NCBI GenBank assembly: GCA_001784175.1
Contig: MFPR01000036.1
Span: forward strand, 1-42,745
Direction of reading: 5' to 3'
Source of the DNA: Candidatus Lindowbacteria bacterium RIFCSPLOWO2_12_FULL_62_27
GTDB taxonomy: Bacteria > Lindowbacteria > 2-12-FULL-62-27
DNA length: 42,745 bases
The notes beneath the pieces were generated by a model that saw only the letters and a program-made list of their open reading frames with translations, was not told where the DNA came from and made no database searches. Shown here one piece after another: positions 26,921-34,902 of this stretch. Position 1 is the first letter of the stretch, and each line of letters starts with the position of its first letter. Made by a program: the position numbers and the translations under genes.

Positions 26921-28408
26921 TCAGCGCCCGATGACGACGTTCATGTAGTGGCGGTAGAGGTCGAAGTATTTAAAATTCAAATCGGTCTCATTGTAGAAAA
27001 GTTCCGTCCGTTTTTTTCCGGCCTGGCCCATCTTTCGCGCCATCTCCGGGTTGGAGAGGATCGTGCAGATCGCATCGGCCGTGTCCTGGGGGGAAGCGAG
27101 GTTCGTCACGAGACCGCTTTTGCCGAGGGCCCGGTCCTCGTCGGTGCGGCCGTAGAGCATTTCGGAGCAGGCGCCGACGTCGGTGGCGACGCAGGGCACG
27201 CCCTGCGTGTGCGCCTCGAGAATCACCAGCGGCTGGGCTTCGCTGACGCTCGTGAGGACCACGACGTCGAGGCCGGGATAGTATTCCTTGACGTTGATCG
27301 GCCCCGTGAAGGTGATCACGTCGTCGAGGGAGAGCATGCGGGTCAGGATCCGGCATTCCTGGTGGTAGGCCTCGTCCTCGTCGGTCGGCCCCAGGATGAG
27401 CGCCTTGACGTTCGGGAGCCGGTCTTTCACGATTTTCACCGCCTTGACGAACGTCTTCACATCCTTGATCGGAACGACCCGGCCGACGAATCCGATGTAG
27501 AGCGCGCCGGGCTCTTTCGGAAACGCGCATTTGAATCCGGAAAAGGCCTCGACGGAAATGCCGTTCGGGATGATGGAGAGTTTCGCGGGCGGCGCGCCGT
27601 CCTCGAGTTGAAGGAGCTGGTTGCCGCTGTAGAGCGTGATGATTTCGTCGGAGTACTGGTAGGTGACGCGGCTCATGAATCCGAAGAGATTGATCCACCA
27701 CTGTTTGAAAAACGACGCGCCGCCGCCCCTAACGCCCCGGCCGTAGGATTCCTCGAAGATCCATTCGGAGGAGATGATCTCGATTTTCCGTTCGTTGGTG
27801 TAGATGCCGTGTTCGGTCAGGATGAGCGGCGCGCCGTTCCGGATTTTGGCGAGCGCGCCCAGAAGCCCCGCGTAGCCGGTCGAGATGGTGTGATAGACGC
27901 GCGCCCGAGGGACCTGCGTCGCGAACACGTTGTAGAGGGGCAGATGGGTAAATCGCCAGGTCCAGAAATAGTCGATGAACGAATTTTCCGTCTCGTGTTT
28001 TTTGTAGAGCCGTTCGAGAATGCTCCAGGAACGTTTTGAGAAAAAAAACTCCCGCCAATCGATGCTGCCCTCCGGATCGTTCGCAAACAGCCGCGCGAAT
28101 GCGTCAAAGCTGTCAAGCCGGCCGTCCCAGAGTTCATCGTACAGCCGTTCGATCAGTTCCCAGCGTTGCCTGTGCCGTTTCTTGACCCGGCGCGTTTCGC
28201 GGTATTCGTGAAGGTAAATTTCCTGGATGCCGGTGATGTTGTCGGGAATCGGATATTTATACGTCCGGGCCTCGTCGCGTTCCGCCGAGATCAGAAGCAC
28301 CGAAAACTCAATGTTGGGCAGGGACCGGACGAGGTTGTAGACCCACGACGAGACGCCGCCGCGAACGTACGGAAACGTTCCCTCGAGAACGAGACAGACG
28401 TCGCTCAT
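26921..28408 (-). CDS. pelF: Pel GT4 glycosyltransferase PelF
   Basis: EGTFPYVRGGVSSW, STGYAG, LTEHGIYT, GRVVPIKD, SEAQPL, TDVG; ATG 28408 in an ATGA overlap. Confidence 0.94.
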   Translation of the reverse strand: MSDVCLVLEGTFPYVRGGVSSWVYNLVRSLPNIEFSVLLISAERDEARTYKYPIPDNITGIQEIYLHEYRETRRVKKRHRQRWELIERLYDELWDGRLDSFDAFARLFANDPEGSIDWREFFFSKRSWSILERLYKKHETENSFIDYFWTWRFTHLPLYNVFATQVPRARVYHTISTGYAGLLGALAKIRNGAPLILTEHGIYTNERKIEIISSEWIFEESYGRGVRGGGASFFKQWWINLFGFMSRVTYQYSDEIITLYSGNQLLQLEDGAPPAKLSIIPNGISVEAFSGFKCAFPKEPGALYIGFVGRVVPIKDVKTFVKAVKIVKDRLPNVKALILGPTDEDEAYHQECRILTRMLSLDDVITFTGPINVKEYYPGLDVVVLTSVSEAQPLVILEAHTQGVPCVATDVGACSEMLYGRTDEDRALGKSGLVTNLASPQDTADAICTILSNPEMARKMGQAGKKRTELFYNETDLNFKYFDLYRHYMNVVIGR

Positions 28409-30357
28409 GCCCCCGACACCTTGCGGCGGATGATCTGCCGGACCTGCGCGGCGGTCGGCTCCGGGCAATCCGACTGCAGGACGTCGAAGAGGGTGTCGAT
28501 CTCGTCCTGAAAGGAGGCCTCGGCAAGATATTTCAGCAGGAGCGGCTCCGGCAAAATAGGCCGCTGTTCGAGGAAGACGTCCACGATATAGTCCGGCACC
28601 GGCTCATTCCGCGCCCGGATCACGTCGAACAGAATCTCGAAATAAATCGCAGCCCGCCTGGAGCAGAGGCCGGGCAAAAAGAGCTCATACAGTTCCAATC
28701 CGAACTGGGCGCTCCGCGCGGATACGATGGCGCGGATGCGGTCCATATAAGGAACGAATGCCGGCGTGTCGGCGAGCGTCAACAGGTCTTCCAGCGTCTT
28801 GAGGCCGAGACCGGGATGCTCCTGCAGTTTCATGAGGAGATCCAGGGCCCAGCGCCGGAACTCCTCTGTCCGGATGTCCTGTTTAAGATGTTCGATGAGC
28901 CCGTGGACGGCGTCGGGGCTTCGGCGGATGATCGCGGCCGCGGCGCCCGCGCAGGCTTCGCGTGTGTGCGGGTCGGGATCGGTTTCATCCATGAGGAGAA
29001 GCCTGTCGAGAATGTCCGGGTCCGGGTAATGCTCAAGGAGACCGATGGCGAGGTAGCGGATGTTGAAGTTTTCAGAATAGATCAGCCGGATGATTTCGTC
29101 CCAGAGCGGTTTGTCAAAATCCGTCTTTCGGGCCAGTTCAGACAGGAACTGCAGGATGGTTTGAATCAGGATCGCGTTTTCTTCCTGCGGAAGCGACAAG
29201 TATCGAACCAGGCTGTTAAACTGGTGATGCCGGCTCGCCAATCGGCCGATGGAGAGTACCGCCGAATAGCTGAGAAGCGGATCGCCCGTCAGAAACCGTT
29301 CCAGGACCGGGACGGCTTCGATACATCCGCAGGCCGCCAGCGCCTCGATCGCCGCCTGTTTGAGCAGCGCGTCCTCCTGCCGGTCCAGGATGCGGACGAG
29401 CGTGTTGAAGGCGTCGCGCGTTTCGAGCCGCCCGATGAGTTCGATGAGGCCGGCGCGGACGTCCGGGTCCCGGACGGCTTGAAACCGGGCTTGGTAGCGG
29501 CGGAGCCGAAGCTCCTCCGGCGCCCGATTCAGAAGCCACCGGCTCATGTTCCGGAGCGCCGTGTCAGCGTTCGAGATCACGTGATCGATCAAGAAATCAA
29601 CGGCCGCCGGATGGTGAAACTCGGACAGCCGCTTCATCATCTCCTGCTTGACCTCCACATTCTCCTCCGTCCGCGCCGCCCGCAGGACCGCCCGGACGGT
29701 CCGGCCGCCCCTGCGGCGGGTCACGGCCCAGACGGCCATTCGCCGGATCTGCTCCGACGGATGTTTGAGGAGCGGCAGGAAATGCTTCCAGTACTTTGTT
29801 TCGTTGTAATCGATCAAGGTGACCATGGCTTGCCGGACGACGTCGGTATCCGTGTTCTTGAGGAGCCTGCGAATGGGCCGACCGGCGGTCGTGTCCTTTA
29901 TTTTTTCGAGGACCTTGAGCGCGCGAATGAGGACTTTGGGATCGGGACTGTCAAGCTTTCGAATGACCTGCGGGACGAGGCGGAAGATTTTCTGGTCAGC
30001 GACGATTTCCAGGGCGGTCTCCGATGCCACCGCGCTTTCCGACACGATCATCCGGGAGAGGGTCGGAAGGATGGTACGCTCGGGAAACCGTTTCAGGGCC
30101 GTGAGGGCGGCCTGCTGAACCTCCTTGTCCTCATGAAAACAGTATCGCTCCAGGAGCGGCAGGCCGTTGGAGTTCCTGGACAGCTCAATGTACTTGCAGA
30201 ACAGGATCGCGGAATACTTGTCGGAAACGAGGGCGTGAATCCGGCCCGGCAGGTTGGGCCGGTCCAGGACGACGAGTTTTTCAACCGCCTCTTCGCGGAC
30301 GTCCCATGCCGGATCGGCGAATTCGCGGAGGGCGACTTCGAGGTCGAGGGCTTTCAT
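28405..30357 (-). CDS. HEAT/armadillo-repeat protein (650 aa, no signal peptide)
   Basis: Repeated (D/H)xxxxVRxxAxxxL units, e.g. DPAWDVREEAVEKL, HPSEQIRRMAVWAV, DPDVRAGLIELIG. Confidence 0.85.
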   Translation of the reverse strand: MKALDLEVALREFADPAWDVREEAVEKLVVLDRPNLPGRIHALVSDKYSAILFCKYIELSRNSNGLPLLERYCFHEDKEVQQAALTALKRFPERTILPTLSRMIVSESAVASETALEIVADQKIFRLVPQVIRKLDSPDPKVLIRALKVLEKIKDTTAGRPIRRLLKNTDTDVVRQAMVTLIDYNETKYWKHFLPLLKHPSEQIRRMAVWAVTRRRGGRTVRAVLRAARTEENVEVKQEMMKRLSEFHHPAAVDFLIDHVISNADTALRNMSRWLLNRAPEELRLRRYQARFQAVRDPDVRAGLIELIGRLETRDAFNTLVRILDRQEDALLKQAAIEALAACGCIEAVPVLERFLTGDPLLSYSAVLSIGRLASRHHQFNSLVRYLSLPQEENAILIQTILQFLSELARKTDFDKPLWDEIIRLIYSENFNIRYLAIGLLEHYPDPDILDRLLLMDETDPDPHTREACAGAAAAIIRRSPDAVHGLIEHLKQDIRTEEFRRWALDLLMKLQEHPGLGLKTLEDLLTLADTPAFVPYMDRIRAIVSARSAQFGLELYELFLPGLCSRRAAIYFEILFDVIRARNEPVPDYIVDVFLEQRPILPEPLLLKYLAEASFQDEIDTLFDVLQSDCPEPTAAQVRQIIRRKVSGA

Positions 30358-30360
30358 CCG

Positions 30361-31380
30361 CTACGAAAGGCTCTCCGCCCACCACGGCGCGATGAGCTGA
30401 TGGGTGGTGTTGAGGTCGCCGAAGGCGCGCGTCGCCCGGCAATCCTCGGCCACCCGCAGAAAGTCGCGTCTCCTGAAAAAAATCTCGGCCCGCCAGAAAT
30501 AGGCGTCGACATTTTTGGGATCCATCTCGATGGCCCGGCTCAGATGGCGCTCGGCCTCGTCGATCCGGCCCAATTTGAACATGACGCGTCCCATGCTGAA
30601 ATGGGTTTCACTGTCCTGCTCGTACGAGAGGACCTTCCCGAAGGTTTCCGCGCATTGGTCGAGATGGTAGCGCTCGCCGATGGCGTCGAGGGTCCCGGCC
30701 TGGATGTATTCGAGGTAGGCGTATCCGAGTTCCTTGAGGAGGAGGACATCCGCGGCCCGGGCCGCCGATTCCGCCGCCAGCGTGCGGATCCGCTTGCTGA
30801 GTTTTTCGTCGATCTTCGCCAGCGACGACGACGCGTAAAACCGGACCTCGCGGTCGGAGTCCTTCAGGAGATTCTGAAGCAGTCTGACCGAATCGCGGGT
30901 CTCGAGTTTGCCGAGATACTTTGTCGCGGCCCGCCGGAGCGTCACGTCGCGGCCATGGATGAGGTCGACCAGCGGCTGGATTTCCATCTGCCGGCCGATC
31001 TCCTCCTCGATGTCCATGATCCGGCCGAGCTGGTCCTCCCGCTGCATCTCCGTCTCGATCGCTTTGTGGTAATCCTCCATCACGCCCACTTTCAGCGCGT
31101 CCCGCCGGATGAGCATGACGAGCAGCACGAACGAAAAAGCGGCGCCGCCGATCGGATAGAAGAAGAGCGTGCCCAGAAAGATCGCCAGACGCTGGCCGTC
31201 AAAATCCTTCCGGACGTTTCCGGCGGCGGTCAGGGCCGCGGTGGAAACGAGGTGCAGGCACACGGGCAGGATCCAGTCCCGCAGGACATAGAGGTTCGTC
31301 CTGGTAAAGAGCACCCAGACGGATGCGCCCTCGAACGTCGCGGCGATCGAGACACAGAGGAATACGGCGAATTTGCTCAA
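30361..31380 (-). CDS. pelE: PelE-like protein (TM + HEAT + TPR)
   Basis: N-terminal TMs, LKDSDREVRFYA HEAT unit, C-terminal TPRs; lies between pelD-like and pelF. Confidence 0.72.
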   Translation of the reverse strand: MSKFAVFLCVSIAATFEGASVWVLFTRTNLYVLRDWILPVCLHLVSTAALTAAGNVRKDFDGQRLAIFLGTLFFYPIGGAAFSFVLLVMLIRRDALKVGVMEDYHKAIETEMQREDQLGRIMDIEEEIGRQMEIQPLVDLIHGRDVTLRRAATKYLGKLETRDSVRLLQNLLKDSDREVRFYASSSLAKIDEKLSKRIRTLAAESAARAADVLLLKELGYAYLEYIQAGTLDAIGERYHLDQCAETFGKVLSYEQDSETHFSMGRVMFKLGRIDEAERHLSRAIEMDPKNVDAYFWRAEIFFRRRDFLRVAEDCRATRAFGDLNTTHQLIAPWWAESLS

Positions 31381-32762
31381 GACGGCGCCGAAAATTTCCG
31401 CTCGACGCGCCCCACGAGATCGTCCTGCGTTTCATCGCTCATCTGGTACGAGTCGAATTCGGTCCGAAACCGGAATTCCCGCCCGGGGTCGCGGTAGGGC
31501 CGGAACTCGAACGCGGCGATGTCGGCGCGGATTTTCTCCAGCCGTTCCGCCGCCTCCTCGTCGCCTTTTGCGATCATGAGAATGCAGAGTTGGTCGTCGG
31601 TTTTGTATTTGGACACGATATCGACATCGGTGAGATGCGTTTTCAGTATCCGGTTGATCGACTTCAGCAGCCGGATCAGGGACGGGGCCGGGATCTGATC
31701 GACGTCCTGAAAGCGCATGATGGCCAGGGACAGCGGCATCGCATAGCGCGCCGCGCGGTCCACTTCCTCCTTCAAGCGCCGCTGGAGATACGTGTAATTG
31801 TAGAGATCGAGCGCCTCGTCCAGGATGTTCTTGCTCTTGTGCCACTCGAATTCATCGATCCGCTCGATGGTCTTGGCGATCCATTCGGCGATCATTTCGA
31901 ACATGCGGATGGAATTGGGATTGAATTTCAAAAACGGCACGTCATAGACCTCGATAAATCCGTTCAGGCGGCCGTTGGAATCGAGGAGCGGCCCCGCCAT
32001 GAGAGCCTCTTCGGGCTGCGCGCCCTGCGCCTCCCCCGCCCGGCGGCGGACGGTGTCCCGGACGCTTTTGACGGCCTTGTGCTCGATGGCCATCTGCGCG
32101 AGGCCGCGGGCCTGGCTCAACCGTTCGGGCGGGGCCGTGGTCCAGCGGCCTCCGGCGCGCACAAAGCCCTCCTTGTCCTTCAAGTACAGCGCAAACGCGT
32201 TGAAGGAGAGCTGGTGGGCGAGGATGTCCTCGACGGCGGCCGCGAGTTCCTGCCGGTCGGTCGTATCGAGTTTTTTGGCGGATTCGTAGAGAACCGAGAA
32301 GGTCGAGAAATTTCCGACGACGGCCTTTTCGAGTTCGGCGTTCGTGTAGTTGAGCACCTTGAGATGTTCATCCGCCGCCTTGAATTTTTCCTCGAGCAGG
32401 TCGATCCGTCCCTGGAGTTCAACGGCCTTGCGCTTGAAGCGCTCGCGGATCTCCCCCAGCGTGAACCCCGTGAACGTGAGCACGGCCGGCGGGAAATAGG
32501 CGTCGAACTCGAACATCACCCAGATGGACATGATTTTCTGATTGGCGTAAACGCAGGCGATGTACGCGACCGCGGCGGCCAGCCCGGCAAACCGGCCTTC
32601 CCGGACGCCGTACCAGCTCGCGATGTAGACGACGACGGCCATGAAGGGATGGAGCTTGATCGAAATGAAACCGATGTCCTTGCCGCCGGCGATGAGGCTG
32701 GCGGCGATGATGAGGAGGAGGGCGCCTAGGGATTCAAGATACGGAAGTAGTTTTTTTCTCAT
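31377..32762 (-). CDS. pelD: PelD-like protein (TM + GAF + degenerate GGDEF)
   Basis: N-terminal TMs (IASWYG), coiled coil, GAF (AGPLLD...VPFLKFN), GGDEF-like domain (LDLYNYTY...RYAMPLSLAI...KTDDQL). Confidence 0.75.
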   Translation of the reverse strand: MRKKLLPYLESLGALLLIIAASLIAGGKDIGFISIKLHPFMAVVVYIASWYGVREGRFAGLAAAVAYIACVYANQKIMSIWVMFEFDAYFPPAVLTFTGFTLGEIRERFKRKAVELQGRIDLLEEKFKAADEHLKVLNYTNAELEKAVVGNFSTFSVLYESAKKLDTTDRQELAAAVEDILAHQLSFNAFALYLKDKEGFVRAGGRWTTAPPERLSQARGLAQMAIEHKAVKSVRDTVRRRAGEAQGAQPEEALMAGPLLDSNGRLNGFIEVYDVPFLKFNPNSIRMFEMIAEWIAKTIERIDEFEWHKSKNILDEALDLYNYTYLQRRLKEEVDRAARYAMPLSLAIMRFQDVDQIPAPSLIRLLKSINRILKTHLTDVDIVSKYKTDDQLCILMIAKGDEEAAERLEKIRADIAAFEFRPYRDPGREFRFRTEFDSYQMSDETQDDLVGRVERKFSAPS

Positions 32763-33126
32763 TCACAAGCGTTTTTCGGATGATGTCAATGATTTCCCTG
32801 GGCACGAAGGGTTTTTTGACGTACTGGCACTTGTGGTCGAAAATCTGGCGGCGCTCCGCGTCGTCCAGGACCTTTGCGCTCAACACCAGGATCGGCGTGC
32901 CGCGGTTCAGATCGGTTTCGCGGACCTTCGTGACCAGATCCAGTCCGCTCATCTGGGGCATGACGATGTCGGTCACGATCAGGCCGTAGGGCTCCTTGGT
33001 GATCCGCTCGAGCGCGGTCACCGGATTGTCGAACCGCACGACCTCGAGCTTGTACATCCTCAGCGCGGCCGTCAGGAGCATCGTGATTTCCTTTTCGTCG
33101 TCGACGACCAGGATTTGAGATTGCAT
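32734..33126 (-). CDS. Single-domain response regulator (CheY-like)
   Basis: ILVVDDE, TDIVMP (phospho-Asp), VLSA, KKPF; overlaps the pelD-like start by 29 nt. Confidence 0.93.
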   Translation of the reverse strand: MQSQILVVDDEKEITMLLTAALRMYKLEVVRFDNPVTALERITKEPYGLIVTDIVMPQMSGLDLVTKVRETDLNRGTPILVLSAKVLDDAERRQIFDHKCQYVKKPFVPREIIDIIRKTLVNEKKTTSVS

Positions 33127-33130
33127 GATC

Positions 33131-33613
33131 CTATTTGGAGGCGGACAGCCGGTCCGCCGCCTTCTGACAGATTCGGCGGGTCACTTCGGTCAGCGACTCG
33201 CCGCCGGTGAACGAGGCGGCGCCGCGGTCGGCGCAGGTCGCCGACCAGACGGTTTTTCCGGTCTTCGCGGAAACGGCCCGGATCGTGAACCCGACGACGC
33301 TCTGCTCGGTGAGGCCGTGCCGGTAATGATATTCCGTGATCCGGCCCATGATCAGGTGATCCGCGCCGGCGGTCGCGGCCGCCGCGCCGGCGGCCGTCTC
33401 GGGAATGAGGGGAATCCCGCGCGATTCCAGTTCCACGCGCAAAATGCCCATGACCGCCTGGGACGCGTTGGGCTGATCCGTCAAATTCTCAAACTCCACG
33501 AGGGCCAGCGTGCCAAGCCCCGCCGGCGCCGGCGCTTCCCGAACGGCCTCACGGTTCGAGACACACCCCACCTGCATGAGAAGTCCGGCGGCCAGGATCG
33601 CAATCAACTTCAT
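33131..33613 (-). CDS. pelC: PelC-like lipoprotein
   Basis: Lipobox QVGC; FENLTDQPNA, GRITEYHYRHGL, VGFT...TGKTVWS resemble PelC blocks. Confidence 0.8.
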   Translation of the reverse strand: MKLIAILAAGLLMQVGCVSNREAVREAPAPAGLGTLALVEFENLTDQPNASQAVMGILRVELESRGIPLIPETAAGAAAATAGADHLIMGRITEYHYRHGLTEQSVVGFTIRAVSAKTGKTVWSATCADRGAASFTGGESLTEVTRRICQKAADRLSASK

Positions 33614-33645
33614 ACTCCGGAGATTACTTCAGCCGCCCGATGAAG

Positions 33646-34902
33646 TCAAAAGTAATGGGTGACTTTCGCCTGAAAGAGCCGGGTTTTGCCGGTGCCGGTG
33701 ACGGAGCTTTCCGACGCCATCTCGTAGGCCGACTCGAGCAGCGTCGCCGCGTCGACGTGGGCGAAGAGCTGAACGCGGTAGCCGTAGGACTCGAATGAAA
33801 ACAGGTCGATGTTCCGGGAGTTGTCGTGCGCCGAGAAAACGTCGGCTTCCGCGAAATACCGTTTTGAAAAATGCCGGCCGGCGTTCAGGTGCAGTCCGAT
33901 CTGGTTGATGGTTTTGGCCAGCGCCACCACGCTCACATATTCGTCCTTCGGCGAATTCCGGATTCCATAATACCCGAGATACCCTCCGGCATAGCCTGCG
34001 TGGCCGCTCGGATCGGCCACCGTCCGGAACGCCCGATAGCCGACCGTCATTTCGTAGATGCGCCCAGGGCCGAAACTCCGCGTCTTGTGAATTTTGTACT
34101 CCCTGTATTCGAACGCCGCGGACCAGTTGAGGATCTGGTTGGCGGATTGGGAGATGATCTGCGTCGTCGATCCCCGGTATGCGTCGTAATAGCCGTTCGC
34201 GAGGTACGCTTCGACCGGATCGTCCCAGAGTTTCCCGAGGACGGCGTCCAAACGGTAATCCCGGATTTCATCCGGCCGGTACACCAGCGTCGTGCCGATG
34301 GAGACCCGGCCGTCCGAATCGCTGTAAGCCTCGCCGAGGCCGGCCCATAGTTTGAAATCAAACGGCCAGCCATGCACGCGTCCCCATTCGACCTGCCATG
34401 CGTTTGCGCGCGGGTGGACGCTCTGCTTCAGGAAGGATTCCGCGTGCTTGTACTGCCTGAGTCCGGTCGCCAATCGAATGTACGTCCGGTCCTGCAGCGG
34501 GAGATAGGCCTCCACGTCATGCGCCGCGCGGTCCTGGGCGGCAAATCGGCGGAGCGAGAGGTCGTAGGCCAGCCGCCGTCCATACTGATACTTGAGCTGA
34601 GTGTAGAGTTTTCGGACGTCCTCGTGTTTCGGATCGATCTGGAGGACCTTGCCGTAGAGTTCCAGCGTTCTGTCCCAGTGCCCGAGCCTCTGATAGGCGT
34701 AGGCGAGGTCGATGAGGAGGACTGCGTTGGCCGGGTCTTCCTTCACGGCCCGATCGAGAAGTTCGGCCGCCTCCCGGTACCGTTTGGTGTCGATGTAGAG
34801 CCGGCCGAGCAGAAACGCCTCCTGGCTTTCCTGCTTCGCGCGCGCGGGACCGGCCAGAACGCAGAGTAAAACAAGCGCGATCCAGGGCCGCGTCCGGTTC
34901 AT
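33646..34902 (-). CDS. Secreted TPR plus predicted beta-barrel protein (PelB C-terminal-like)
   Basis: Signal peptide (PARA|K), about 2 TPRs, aromatic alternating beta strands, terminal VTHYF; sits directly before pelC. Confidence 0.65.
   Translation of the reverse strand: MNRTRPWIALVLLCVLAGPARAKQESQEAFLLGRLYIDTKRYREAAELLDRAVKEDPANAVLLIDLAYAYQRLGHWDRTLELYGKVLQIDPKHEDVRKLYTQLKYQYGRRLAYDLSLRRFAAQDRAAHDVEAYLPLQDRTYIRLATGLRQYKHAESFLKQSVHPRANAWQVEWGRVHGWPFDFKLWAGLGEAYSDSDGRVSIGTTLVYRPDEIRDYRLDAVLGKLWDDPVEAYLANGYYDAYRGSTTQIISQSANQILNWSAAFEYREYKIHKTRSFGPGRIYEMTVGYRAFRTVADPSGHAGYAGGYLGYYGIRNSPKDEYVSVVALAKTINQIGLHLNAGRHFSKRYFAEADVFSAHDNSRNIDLFSFESYGYRVQLFAHVDAATLLESAYEMASESSVTGTGKTRLFQAKVTHYF

Noticed and set aside
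28816..31497. 893-aa plus-strand ORF
   Set aside because: Antisense shadow of the HEAT, pelE-like and pelD-like genes; no motifs. Long shadow ORFs are expected at high GC.
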